This document shows positions 1-12,920 of a stretch of DNA of 64,000 nt, piece by piece (the first letter of the stretch is position 1; every line of letters begins with the position of its first letter). The translations under genes and the position numbers were made by a program. Below the pieces are notes generated by a model. That model searched no databases. It was not told the DNA's origin and saw only the letters and a list, made by a program, of their open reading frames with translations. The stretch comes from Octopus sinensis (Eukaryota), in assembly GCF_006345805.1 (NCBI RefSeq), contig NC_042999.1:137144001-137208000 (forward strand). Reading direction: 5' to 3'.

Positions 1-130
1 TTTCACTGGTCTAAGAAAAAGAAAAGTCCAGCTGGAATGTTTTTGATAAATGGGTTATTTGATCATAATGACCAGTAACAGGTAAAATAATGTGCAATGA
101 TGAATCCATCCTCCATGCATTTCATTTGAC

Positions 131-270
131 TCCTAGAAAAAGCAACTAACCTCCTTTAAATCATTGTAGGACATTTTTTCTATATACAAAATCCCCTGAT
201 ATACAAAATTGCAGAACAGCAATACCTGGTTTGATCAGGGCTTACCTGGAGCAAGAACATCAATAACAAA
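131..270 (+). repeat. Decayed copy of an abundant dispersed repeat (called family C here)
   Basis: Motifs ctagaaa..gca.c.aa.ctcc ... gatcagggct.acctgg.gc.a.aac are shared with copies at about 1170-1345 and 2230-2420 and with many others. Confidence 0.6.
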
Positions 271-1169
271 ATTAAGTGCAACACCTTTGAAAGTATTAAA
301 AAGTTAAAAACAAAAAGATAACCTGTTCCTGGACTTATTCAACCTTGTTGACTTCTTTGTAAACAAAAAATAAATTCAGTGTAAACAGAATCTTCCAGAT
401 GTTGTGTACTTAGCACACATGCTTGATTCCCTTCACATTATCCTGCCATATTTCTTTGCACTTTAGCAGAAATAAATTGATTGAATTTCAATCTAATTAA
501 ACTACCTGAACCCCTTACAAACATACAAAACACACATACTCACACTCTCACTCATTCACTCCATACACATTCACCACTTCCTCCCTCTCATGTACCCCTG
601 AAAATCATTGGAAACATAGTGGTGATAGGAAGGAAGTGGAATGAAATTACTAAAAAAAGCTTTCCGAACCTCAGAATAAATCCCTTCCCTTACCCACTGC
701 TTATTCAAATCAACTATCAGCGTTGTATGCACTCTAGTGGATCAACTTGCAATTATCATGCTTAACATTACAGGAATATGTTCCTTACATAGCACTGGAA
801 TGAGGACATCTAAATTGTTCTTGAGTGGAAACAACAGCTGCCTTTTTAAAAACATTTTCAATATAAATTTTTCAGTTAATGATTATTTCATGATCCTGTC
901 CCTTGGCATTAGAAATATTCTTTAGGATCCATTCTGCTGTTATTTTTTATTTTTTTTAATTTTATACTGCTCTAATTGATTACTGTTTCAGAACTCCCCA
1001 CTTCTCTGCCTTTCATTGATTATATGTGGAGATTTGTTATTTTGTTTTAAAGTTTTGTTTTAGTTAAGTCGTTGATTATATTTTTTAAGCAAAAGTAAAA
1101 CCTAAACCCTGATAGATTTTATTTGTGTAAATCTTTCAGTGCAGTAACATTAATAAGAAACTCACCAAG

Positions 1170-1345
1170 GAATGCCAGAAGCAACACCCAAATTTTTCTC
1201 AACTCTTTCCTTTCTGAATAAAAAGACACTGGATAATGTAGTTCAAGGTATCTGTAGTGTGTGTGTTGGGGGAGTGGTTATGGCTCAAATGCTGGTGGTC
1301 ATAGGTCTGAAATAAGGGCTGACCTGGAACTAAACAACCCAAATA
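1170..1345 (+). repeat. Family C dispersed repeat copy
   Basis: agaagcaacacccaaat...aaaagacactggataatgtag...ataggtctg...gggctgacctggaactaaacaac matches the 2230-2420 copy. Confidence 0.65.
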
Positions 1346-1607
1346 ATAGTAATGATGATGGTAACAGTAGTAGTAACTAGGGCTGAAGGAGATTTAACAC
1401 CATGACCTGACCTTTAGATACCTTTAGCAGAGTTTACTCTGTTGTCAGTATTCAGACAAAAAATCTCTTATAACTTTACTCAACCAGACTGTGAGGCCCT
1501 GAAAAGACCACAGTGTTGTTCTTCCTTCTTGAAATTATTAATATACACACACACAATGTGATAGGTAAATTGTTGCCATTTTATATTTTTAATTTCGTAC
1601 ATGTGCA

Positions 1608-1745
1608 TTGGTTTTGAGTGTCAATCTAAGGACAGTGCAGAGGATTTGGAAAGAGTTGGATGAGTCTGATAGTGATTATGAAAGTACAGCAGCTCAGAAA
1701 ACTCATTCTGAGAAGAAAAGAACTTGTGGATTTGTTGTTGAGATC
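1608..1745 (+). mobile_element. Tc1/mariner transposase N-terminal (HTH) fragment
   Basis: Translates to VNLRTVQRIWKELDESDSDYESTAAQK..SEKKRTCGFVVEI, typical of the mariner/Tc1 paired-like DNA-binding region. Truncated on both sides. Confidence 0.65.
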
Positions 1746-2229
1746 TGGTTAAATTTGAAACATAAACCTAAAAATATATCTAGTCCTTGATTTCTAATTA
1801 CAGTACTTTCTTATAGTATCTAATTAATATGCTGGAGCCATGGATTTGTTTAAGTTCATATCCTGCTGTAGGTATTATATTGTCCATAATTTGGATTGTC
1901 ATGTCCAGTTTGAAGATGAGAGATTGAGAGAGAGAGAGAAAATGGCAAAGATTCTTAATTACATAGTTGATTTCTCTCATTTGTAACATCTTAGTTTGGT
2001 AAAAAGAATAACATTGTTCCAAACTTTGCATTTATTCTTCAGAGTCTTATTAATAGTTAAATCAATAAGTTATTCCCAACATGGGAGACACCAAACATAA
2101 AGACACAGTCTTTTGTAACAGAACTGTGATGATGATGGTAATCTTGTTAATTAATTTGAGAACTATCATATTTGCAACATAAAATACCAGATACATCTAT
2201 TTTTAGCAATAGCTAATAATTATTATGCT

Positions 2230-2420
2230 ACATGATAGGAGCCTCTACCAGCTAGAAATAGCACCCAAGTCTCCCTCTTGCATTCACTACTACTTAGGAA
2301 GAAGACACTGGATAATGCAATCTGGGGGTCACTGTGCCCGGAATAAAAGATGGGACTGTCACAGTTGGGACACCTTTGATCATAGAATGATATATTTAGC
2401 CCCAAGTTTGCTGTGATAAA
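2230..2420 (+). repeat. Family C dispersed repeat copy
   Basis: gctagaaatagcacccaagtctccctc...gacactggataatg...cctttgatcatag. Confidence 0.65.
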
Positions 2421-3354
2421 ATAGATCTATATAATTCTTGGTACTTCCTGAACTGTAATGAGTTAAGTGTTTTGAGCATAGAAAAAGCATTGCTTAAGAC
2501 AGGATACTTTGCAGCTATTGTATCACTGTAAAAAAAAAAGGTTCATTTTACATTTATTTTTTTTAAAATTAAAATTCTGCTATTTCTAAATGTATAAAAG
2601 GTTGATAGAAATGCTAAGTTAGAAAACTAATATTTTTCATATTCCTTTGGGTGATTGTTAAAACATATTTTCGTTTTCTCAATCTGATATAAAATTGTGC
2701 TATAAAAATAATTTGTGCTAAAGGATCATATTCAGTAGTTTGGTTTAAGTTTGCTTTTCCTTTAAAAATTAAGGGCAGTGCCTATAGTCTCTTTGAACTT
2801 TCCTAGATCCAGAGATAGAGTAGTAGAGGGAGAGGTGAGTTGGGTATCACAGGGAGGATAGGTTACATATTTAGTCCTTGAAACACAGTAGCATGATTTT
2901 TCAATTCAACTGCTTATTTTCTCACCGTTAATGTCATTGAAGCTTAACCAAGAATTTACTATGGTCATATTGTAATTAGTGCTGATTTAGAAAGTTTTTA
3001 TTCTTATTTGTTTGTCAGAGGAAGCAAAGCAATGTTTGCCTTTTCCAGAATTCCCAGACTAGTGAGATTGATACAGTTGATCTCTGTTTGGAACATGTGG
3101 ATAGGAAAGAAATACTTCTATGGCTAAATCACAGAAAAAAGGGAAGCATTCATGACTGGTTGATAGGTGTAATTCTTAGGCCAAAGACCTAGTTCTAACT
3201 TAAATGCAACAGATTGAACTCTGTTAAAGTCACTTACAAGCAACATGGTTGAGATGACTGTAATGGTAGATAGTTATAAAGAGAAAGTGGTTGTACTGTA
3301 GAGAGAACAGATTGATGAAGTGTTTAGTAGAGGATCTGGGGAATAACTCTATAG

Positions 3355-3603
3355 CAGCATTTCTCAATTATGTTTTACTTATGAACTCCTTTGATTCCTA
3401 TTTTACTCAGGCAGTCCCTCATAGCCATTTAATGTTCAACAAATCATATTATATTTTTATAATTAAATAGTATTAGGAATTGTGTAAAAAAAAAATTTTA
3501 ATATTTTATGTATTGTAGAAGTATAACTAATATATTGTAGATGAATTTTAACATGCTTATATGGAATCTCAAGGGCCATATGAACCCTGGTTGAGAACAA
3601 CTG
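3355..3603. mobile_element. hAT (Charlie-like) MITE with 8-bp target-site duplication
   Basis: Imperfect TIRs cagcatttctcaa / ttgagaacaactg, flanked on both sides by the identical 8-mer CTCTATAG (3347-3354 and 3604-3611). Confidence 0.8.
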
Positions 3604-4229
3604 CTCTATAGGAGTGATGAAATGAATAAAAATGGATGTACTAAATGGGTTTGAGTGGCGAGGTATGTAACAGGTTTAGAAAGAAAGACAATTTTGTTGT
3701 AGAAGTCAAGAAAAGAAACAGAAAAACAGTGTATATGTGAGCCAGTGGTTGTAGTGTTTTGGTGAATGAGTTTTTGCCCATCAGTTGAATGGCAGTTTTT
3801 GAATGTTTGTTTTACTCTAGTTTTATTGAAATAGTGCACTTAAGCAACTACTGTCATGTAGCTATATTTGTTAATTACTGACTTAAGTCAGTTACTTCTA
3901 AACAATTCAGTTTTAAAGATTATATTTCTGTATGCTGACTGTAAATATATTGACAATGTGATTTGGTCTATGTCTGCTTGTGTGTGCATGTATTATTTGG
4001 TTCATCTTTTATGTATTTGAAGATGACTAGGTTATCAGCTTTGTACTTTGTGGGTGCTGAGGTAGTTTATTAGGCCAATTTTGACATGAAATTTGTGGTT
4101 ACAGCAGGAGCACTTAATATCACTGTCAGAACCCAGTGGGACTCTTGCTTTTCCTGCAGCTCTCCACTCTTCAGCTTCTCTGGTCATATCAGATTCAGAG
4201 TGCTGTACTCCAGACTACACAATACTAAC

Positions 4230-4560
4230 CCACAGTTAGTGATCTAGAGCAAGCTGCACTTCCAAATAGACAGCTCTGGGTTATACTTTTTCAAGGTTTT
4301 CTTGAGCATGTCTTTGTATCTCTTTTTTGGTTCACCAAAGATCTGTTTGGGGAGTTTGAAATCGAGCATGCACACTACATGTCCACTCCACCACAGCAAG
4401 ATTTTGCTCAGGAAAGCATACATGCTTAACGTATTAGCTCTCTTGAGTGCAGTTGTATTGGAAATTCTAACCTGCCACCTGATGTTAAGGATTTTTTGTA
4501 AACTGTCCAGCTTCCACAACCATAAACTAGTATAGTCACCACAACAGCTTTGTATATCTT
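4230..4560 (-). mobile_element. RTE-clade LINE, C-terminal RT fragment
   Basis: LQKILNIRWQVRISNT..L.RA..LSM.A.L....LWWSGHVVCM.D.KLPKQIFG..KKRYKD.LK resembles the RTE/BovB C-terminus. Confidence 0.85.
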
Positions 4561-4769
4561 GTGTGTGTGTGTGTGTGTAGGTATGAACTGTTTAAAAAGA
4601 TTGAAATTTAGTCAAACTGATTTGTCTCTTTCAAAGTGGTTCCCCCCACTGTTGATACATCACCCCTAAAGACTTTTTTCAGAATTGTATTTCAAACATT
4701 AGTGCAGTCCTTGATTTGAATCTTCTCTATCATTTTTGAAATCAGTGACTTTTCAGGTTCGATTCAACC

Positions 4770-5022
4770 TTAATAATAATAATAATAATAATAATAATCC
4801 TTTCTACTATAGGCCCAGGGCCTGAAATTTGAGGGGACGGTGCTAGTCGATTACATCAACTCCAGTATTTAACTGGTGCTTATTTTATTGACCCCAGAAG
4901 GATGAAAGGCAAAGTTGACCTTGATGGAATTTAAACTAAAAATGCAAAGATGGACGAAATGCTGCTAAGCATCTTGCCCGGCATGCTAACAATTCTACTA
5001 GCTCACCGCCTTTATGATGATG
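4770..5022 (-). mobile_element. tRNA-derived SINE with Meta-domain-like core (family A) and (ATT)n tail
   Basis: The reverse strand reads aaggcggtgagct.g.agaattgttagc (A box), then gtttaaattcc (B-box-like), then ggtcaactttgcctttcatccttc.ggggtcaataaaataag.accag. Confidence 0.85.
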
Positions 5023-5879
5023 AGAACAATGACGATGACTTCTGCTGAGGCCAAATCTAGAGAGTAAGATGGTGGGGTTACAATAGTCATCTCCTGGTTT
5101 GCTGAAAAGTGTCAGATAAGTGACATGTGAGCAAAATTGGTATGATGCAGTATCTAAATTCAGTTTATCCATGCCTCAGGCCTCTTCTTTCACTCTGCAT
5201 CTCTCAAGTCTTTCAGAATATCTAAATGTAAATCTGTTAGGTTACATGGAGCAAACTCATGAGAAACGATGCTTTTTCAATCAAGGAATGCAATCTACAT
5301 GACCTTCACATTTCAGTGAATTTGCTGAGATTTAAAATTTTTTAGGTCATGATGATAATCCAACCCACAGTAATAACTGCCATTTTGATTTGATATTGTA
5401 GTTGCACACCCACATTTTCTTACTTGTTATATTTCTCAAACTTTTCATCAGTATTAACTCCTGTGTGTGTGTGTGTGTGTGTGTGTGTTTAAAAATCTTT
5501 TAGATTTTGTAGTGACTGAATGACATCTATGATTGCTAGTTCTGTAGATGTTAGCAGTAGTTCACTGGACAAAAACGGCCCTGGTCAATGTCACCAATCC
5601 TATCTACTGACATTCTTTTTTGTGCCATGGATCATTTCTCAACTGATTTCTCTGCCAAAACTTTATATCTGCCTTGCTGCTTTCCAAGGCTTTTGATACT
5701 GGTTTTGCATTTAGTTTAATCTATCATTTCTGTCCACCTGCCAGGAGTAAAACTTTTACTGGTTTAGTTCTTTAGGCTGTAAGGATACATGAGCCTCACA
5801 ACCACAGTTTAGAAGACTGTTGATAAGAATCTCTCTCACTCTCTCTCTCATATTTCATTATCCCCATTGTCATACCTGC

Positions 5880-6800
5880 TTTTTTGTGCTTCTTGGGTTG
5901 GATAAGTCTTTTCCAACTCAGTTTCTCACTATTTGTTGCATCTCTTTGTGAGATTCAATATCCAAAAATCATCTTTCACCACTCCTACTTGTGTCTTCTG
6001 TGGCCTTCCACTTCCACAGTTTCCTTAGATTCTTTGGCACCTCTTTATCAATCTGTTATCATCCATATGCATTTCACATCCATAGTGATACAGCCTTCAT
6101 TCATGTACTTTACAACTGATTCCTCTTACCACCTAGTTTATCTCTCAGCTCATCTGTGCAGTTTTTCATGCACATCAATGTAACCTATCAAGCAGAGTAT
6201 GCTTGCTTCATTCATACATTGTCTAAGATCAGTATCCATGTCTAACTACTATGCAACCTCAAACTGTGTATACAAGCAACAAACAATCTACACTTCACTC
6301 AAAATGATAATCCCTTTGTTGCTAGCAGAGAGAGAGCTAAAAGCCCTTTAAACTTTTCCCACCCTGTTCTTATTCTCTCATCTATTCTTTCACAGTACTC
6401 TCTTCCACTACTAATTTGATTACTTATATAACAGAAGCTATCAATTATTTCTAGAGGCATCTAAGCATTAAAAAGAATGTGCTTTATTATTGCTCTTACT
6501 GCCAACCAATACTGCACATCAGCAACAAACAATCTTTATTCACAGTCAGCTGGTCAGTGATCCCAATGCACTCTTGTGCATCCATAATTAACACCATATA
6601 TACCATATAAAGTTCCTACTTTTTTCCTGCATATTGAACCTAGTCATTTCCTTGATGGTCACAGTCTTCTTTTCCTTCCTACTTACTGAAATATTGATTT
6701 TTGTCAAGTTTACCCCAAGGCCTCTCAATTGTAGTCTTTGCTTTCACATTTGAACTAGTTTCATCAGTATATGGGAGTTTCTCCTGACATCCAGTCTTAA
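5880..6800 (-). mobile_element. Decayed RTE-type LINE (RT C-terminus to 3' region)
   Basis: The reverse strand gives GLGVNLTKINISVSRK...WMHKS and downstream degenerate LRWFGHV-like and GRP..TW-like segments. Same family as 35690-36760. Confidence 0.7.
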
Positions 6801-7527
6801 ACTCTGTTACAGTTTGAATAAGTGTGTGTGTCTTATATGCATACACATATACAATCCTTATAGGAGGGCACTAACTAAAAACAACTATGTGACAATCTGT
6901 TCCATTATGTTGGTGTATATATAAAGTGTATGTAAAAATGATGACAGTGTTTAAACAAAAGTAACACACACACACATACACACAATCACACCATTTTACA
7001 CTTACCTTTTCACTGTTATTCTATCTATGCTCTTACTATATTTGCATTTGGTATATTGAAATGAATTTATATATTTCAAGTTTTCAGTAGAAAGAAAATT
7101 GAAATTGGTTATGGTTCCAGTGAACTGCCTGACCCCCACCTCCCATTTTTTATTTTTTAGACCAAGTGTCAAGTGAAATTGTCAAACCTAAGTAATTAAA
7201 AATGTCCAACCCATGCCAGCATGGACAGGAGACCTTAAATGATGATGATGATGTCATCTAAGAATCTATAAGTCAGAAAAATATGTTCTCATTTCTTTGT
7301 CAATAGAGTAGGTATATTAAAGAATACAGTATTAGAGATCCACTTCAGCTGATCTTATCCAACCAATTAGTTTTACACTAGAATATTAGAGATGGCAACT
7401 ATGGGGAAAAAATTTTTTTTGCTTAATGGAAGAGCACCTGGTGTTTGTTAGCCATGATATATCTAATATCACTGTGGGAAACTAATTGGTAAGTTTTGCA
7501 GATATGTCTATAACATTGTATATCTTG

Positions 7528-7531
<4 letters not shown>

Positions 7532-7570
<39 letters not shown>
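7532..7570. repeat. (CA)n microsatellite
   Basis: Direct reading. Confidence 0.95.
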
Positions 7571-7573
<3 letters not shown>

Positions 7574-8109
7574 TTTTTGACTTCCATGCGCGCATGAATT
7601 GGATGACTATATTATTGAGGCATTGTTTTAAAGCCAGATGATCTTCCTGTCACTAACCCTTAGCTTTTATGTTTTGTTAGTAAAGTATATCTTTTACCAC
7701 ATGTCTTGAAAGGCACACAAAGCCAGTGGCTAACTCACTAACAGGAAATGACACCAATAACACTGCCCATAAAAGTGAAATTTTTCAAAGCATAAATCTA
7801 AACACACATACATACAAACATGACTAGCTTTCAGTTTTCATCTATGAAATCCATTTACAAAGCTTTGATTGGCCCAGTGCTACAGTACAGGACACTAGCC
7901 CAAAGTAGGACCAAACATGAAACCATGTGTGCATACATTTATCACACATGAACTAAAAGCTTAATGCTGTATTTAAATTAGTATAATTTATATAATCTTT
8001 CTTTTTTCTTTGTAAGTACAATGTTAATACTGTACTTATAAATTTAAAAGAAAGATGTTAACAAGATTGAAGATAGTTTAAAAGCATTTACCTGCATGTG
8101 TATCATATT

Positions 8110-8510
8110 CTTTTACTTGTTTCAGCCATTTGACTGTGGCTATGCTGGAGCACTGCCTTTAGTCAGGCAAATCGATCCCAGGACTTATTCTTTGTAAGCT
8201 TAGTACTTATTCTATCACTCTTTTGCTGAACTGCTAAGTTACTGGGACCTAAACACACCAGCATCAGTTGTCAAGCGATGTTGGGGGGATGAACACACAC
8301 ACACACACACACAGACAGACAGACAGAGAGGCTTCTTTCAGTTTCTGTCTACCAAATCCACTCACAAGGCTTTGGCCGACCAGAGGCTATAGTAGAAGAC
8401 ACTTGCCCAAGATGCCACGCAGTGGGTCTGAACCCGGAACCATGAGGTTAGGAAGCAAGCTACTTACCACAGAGCCACTCCTACGCCTATAATGTTAATA
8501 ATTTTAATGT
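8110..8510 (-). mobile_element. tRNA-derived CORE-like SINE (family B), near full length
   Basis: The reverse strand reads ataggcgtaggagtggctctgtggtaagtagcttgctt...ggttccgggttcagacccactgcgtggcatcttgggcaagtgtcttctactatagcc, with an internal (CA/GA) tract. Confidence 0.85.
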
Positions 8511-9459
8511 TCACTTTTCCATGCTTGCAAGGGTCAGTCAGAATTCGTTGAGAAAACTTTTCTATGGCTAGATGTCCTTCCTATCATGAACCCTCATCTG
8601 TTTCAATTCAAGAGAATTTCCCTATGGCATGACATATTTTTCACAAAAGTTTAGAAACAAGCACTTTAATAATTTGATTAACAATTTGATTATCATTTAC
8701 GAGCATCACAAAATTCAAGACTAGGGTGCATGTATGCATGCATGTGCATACATGTATGTATACACTGGGATTTTTTCAGTTTTTGTCTACTAAATCCATT
8801 CACAAGCTTTGTTGGCCTGGGGCTATAGCTGAAGTCACTTGTCTAAGCTGTTATATACTATAGCCCTAGACTAACCAAAAGCTTGTGAGTGGATTTGCTA
8901 AGCAGAAATCTACAAAATACACACATACACACACATGCCAAGTGGTTCCCCAGCAAAGCTGTATTTCAATGGTTAAAACAAGAGTATACATATATACTTG
9001 CAAATATATGCATACACACACATCTGTAATATTGTAAGCTTGCCCTCATTATTGCTAGACTCCATTTACATTAACCATATTGAGATAATCAATAAATGCT
9101 AATAAACACAAGTGAAAATGTGGTGTGTGGTATTTTCTTGGTGTTCTCTTTAACATTCACATTTTTCAAAGAGATTTTTAAAAAATATATTTTCATCAGA
9201 ATAATGCTACACTTTATTACTAATATAATGTGCTGCTTCTAAATATGAAACATAAGTTGGTTATAATCAATAACACATCAAACTATTATTGCATGATAGG
9301 ATGTTATTGACTATCCCCAGGTCAGTTCTGATGCAGCAGACCTATGTTTTACCTATGAGTGTCTTGTCCTTTTCTTTTATTTTTCCAGACGTAGTTTACC
9401 TGGGACTGTATTATCCAGTGTGCCTTTCCTATTTTCAACATGGCATTATTAGATTTAAG

Positions 9460-9675
9460 AATAAACTGACAAGCTGGCAGATTCATTACTGCTCTGGGCA
9501 AGATGCGTAGGGGCATTTCTTCTGGATCTTAACATTCTTAGTTCAAATTGTCAAGATCAACTTTGCCTTTCTTCCTTTCAATGTCAGTAAAATAAAGTAC
9601 TAATCAAGTACTGGGGTCATTGTAATTGACTGCCCATAAAGTTGCTGGCCTTGTGCCAAAATTTGAAATAATTAT
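9460..9675 (+). mobile_element. Family A (Meta-like) SINE, decayed
   Basis: agctggcagattcatta...ttcttagttcaaatt...gatcaactttgcctttcttcctttc...aaaataaagtac. Confidence 0.75.
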
Positions 9676-9788
9676 TACATTTAAGAATTTCTGCTATTTC
9701 TAGCAGGTCAAACAATGTTTTTGTTTGCTCCATAATTGGATTAAATGATGGCTTTTTGAATCCCAGGTTCTAATCCAGTAGAACTATT

Positions 9789-10170
9789 CATCATCCTCAT
9801 CAAACGTGTTGTCCATACTGGCATGGGTTGGATAGTTTGACCAGAGCTGGTAAGCTGAGGGGCTACACCAGATTCCAGTCTGATTTGGCATGGCTTCTAT
9901 GGCTGGATGCCCTTCCTAATGCCAATCACTCCAAGAGTGTATTAGGTGCTTTTACGTTCTACAAGTATGGGTGCCAGTTGCATGACCCCAGTATCTGCTA
10001 CAACTATGATTTCACTTGGCTTGATGGATCTTCCTTCTCAAGCACAGCATATTGACAAAGGTCTCAGTCATTTATTGTTGCCTCCATGAGGCCCAGTGCT
10101 CGAAAGGTGCTTTTTACGTGTCACCAGTATAGTTGCTGGTTCTGTGACACCAGCATTGGCCACATTGCCT
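9789..10170 (-). mobile_element. RTE-tail-related non-autonomous retroposon (family D)
   Basis: catcatcctcatcaaacgtgttgtccatactggcatgggttgga...ggctggatgcccttcctaatgccaa. Same motif at about 35690, 39451 and 52020. Confidence 0.7.
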
Positions 10171-10329
10171 CTATTGTGACAGATACTCCCAAGTGAGAAG
10201 TGGGATGTTCCACTACTGATAATTAGTGAACATATACAGCAAGCAGGGTCAGTTAGTGAGGTATTTTTGTTAGTGTTAAATCATTTTTGATTCCAGTTGA
10301 TGTAAGTCATATTATACTTTGTATCTTTG

Positions 10330-11170
10330 TTGAAGGTTCTCCCCACGCGAGTGAGCCATGTATTGTTGAATTCGTTAAATACCGTTGCTGTTTTTGCCTA
10401 CAGGCTTGTTAAATTTTGTGTTTGTCTTCTCCATTATGGGGCGAAGTGACTGAAAAAAGAAAATAGAGTGTGAACCAGTTCCAGCAATGCCGGGAGTTAT
10501 GTTTCAGCAGCTGGGAAAGGTAGTCACAGACTCGCTAGAAGTGTGAGAAATTAAAATTGAACAGAAGCTGAAATAATACTACAGGCTGATTCAAAAGGAG
10601 GGATCCAGTTTAAAGCTGACCATTCCAGAAGAAGTGACAATCAGTACCAAGAAAGAGAACAGTGGTGTACAGAACGCTATCGACAACGACCAAGAAAATA
10701 GAGATAGCTACAGAAGAGGTAACTGAAGAATGTCTGAAAGAAATTAAGAATCGGACAACATTCTATACAAGAGGCAGAAAATATGGCACAGTGGAGGTGA
10801 GATTTTCAAACGAACAAGAGACAATAAATCACTCCACTGTGACACTGAAGACAGAAAAATGGGTACTCCTGCCTACTTACTGTGCAAAAGGGTTGCCAGA
10901 GTGAGAATAGGCAGGGTACCACCGGAAATCAAAGACACATAGCTGGTGGCAGCCGTAATGCATAAAACCAAAAAGGATGCCAAAATTCTAAAGGTGACAA
11001 GGACAAAGAAGGCAAATTGATGGGGATATGGACTAGAAATGATTATTCAGATTAGACAAAAAGATTTGAACGAAATCGCTGAAGAGGTGATTTTTATCAG
11101 AGGACGTAAAGTTGAGAGTGGTGGTGGAAGGAAGACCACCAGCCTGCTATCAATGTGGGGAGATTTATTA
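10330..11170 (+). mobile_element. L1/Tx1-type LINE 5' UTR plus ORF1 (gag-like, zinc knuckle), disrupted
   Basis: Frameshifted and stop-containing ORF: ...VVYRTLS...YTRGRKYGTVEVRF...LLPTY..KRVARVRIGRVPPEI...VVVEGRPPACYQCGE. The terminal C-x2-C is the start of a CCHC knuckle. Confidence 0.7.
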
Positions 11171-12759
11171 TTAAGGATATTTCAACTGTACCTATTCTGT
11201 CAGATATATTGATGGTTGTGAGGTTTGAAGGATATTTAACTGCTGTTTCTAACAGGTTAAATGGCCTGGGTGTTGGCAATCTTAAATATAGGCTGGTTGA
11301 GTACACTATATCATTGAAGGACTAGTAACATGTGGAGTTCCGATTTGCACTCTCACTCATTCTCAGCTGTGCCCCGTAAATCTTTTAGTTATTTTCTTGT
11401 TGATTTAATTTATATTGGCATTTTTTAATTTCAATCTTTGCTATTATATCTGATGATCTATGATATACTGGCATGTACCCAGAAAAATGTTTCTTTCTCA
11501 CAAGTGTTAAAAAAACAGTGTAGTATATTTTTCAAAAATTTCATGCGTTCCAAAATTCTCCAACCCTCCTCCTAATATATCTATGCACTCTCTTTATGGC
11601 TCTTTTACTTTTCTGACTTCTTATGTGTTTTATCCTGTATACTGTTTATGTACTTTTGGTTATCATTGCTCTCTTAAACTTATTACTGTTTTCTCTTCCC
11701 TCTTTTACTCTTTTTCTGAATTACAGTGCACTTAAGCACTATATGATAAATTCATTATTATCAAAACAGCATAACTAAATGATAAACACTAAATACTTAA
11801 ATTAACCCTCTTATAAATTATGAGGTTGTTTAGTGAAAGTCCTTTTGTGGTAACTAAATATGAAGGATTTTGTTAGATTTCTGATGTGGGAGCATTGTAA
11901 AATGGACAAGTGTTATGTTAGTTTAGTGTTGAGCTCATATACTCTCAGGGAGATATCTTGGAAAGATATATACCCTAGTGGGTTTACTCTACATACATTA
12001 GCACAATGAAAGCCAGCAAGTCATAGTGCCACCTACAATCTAAAGTGTTTTGGGCCTCAATCACATTAACAGGGTGTGTTACCCTTTGTCAACCCTTGTT
12101 GAATAGACCTATGTCTTTTCAATCACAACCACTCAATCTTTTTAGGGAATATTTTCAGGAATAAATTATCAAATGTGTCTTTCCCATTTTTAAGATGGTA
12201 GGATTTGAATTGGTAAAATTATTAAAATTTCCCTCTTTATTGCAAAAAGAAAATATAAACATAGCTTGAAATTTTTAGTGACTATTTTACTATCTGTAAA
12301 ATTCAGAATGGCAGGCTTTGTTATAAGATATGGGTGAGATCTAGCCGACTGAAACATGTCTATAATTGCCTTCATTGGTCAAACTTTCCTGCTGCTGAGC
12401 ATGTTTATTACTTTTGAAAAGATTAAATTATAATTTCTTGAATGTCTCTCCCTTTTTCTTTGAGATTTGTTAACTGTTGTTGCTAGGTTTTGATTTTCTT
12501 CCTCTAGCCCTGAGGAAATCTCAATTAATTACTAATTGTGTGTGCAGTATTCAGTTCACAATTTCATTTTATCATAATTTATGGCATTGGCTCATTTGAA
12601 TTATTTACTTTAGGTCATTCTATTTTGCATTTCTTTAAGCCAGGACCTTAATTTTTAAAGCAGTCTTTCAACAGTGTTAGTAATTGAGTGAAGAGAAGAG
12701 TCAGTAGTTTGTAAAATTGATTTAAAGTAATATTATTTAAGCAGTCATAACTTTAGGTT

Positions 12760-12920
12760 GCTGCTACTATTACAATTTCAAATTTTGGCACGAGGTCAGC
12801 AATTTTAAGGAAGGTGTGAGTTGATTATATCAACCCCAGTACTAGACATTGTATAATTGTATATTGACCCTGAAAGGATGAGAGGCCAAGTTGATCTTGG
12901 TGGAATTTGAACTCAGAATG
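12760..12920 (-). mobile_element. Family A SINE fragment
   Basis: gaccctgaaaggatgagaggccaagttgatcttggtggaatttgaactcagaatg. Confidence 0.75.

Noticed and set aside
122-1214. Apparent 3-exon minus-strand gene end (1214-1167, 284-246, from 133) giving ...RKELRKIWVLLLAFLGVALNFVIDVLAPGVK*
   Set aside because: The phases fit, but all three pieces and their splice signals lie within copies of the family C repeat (compare 2230-2420). This looks like repeat-derived mimicry.
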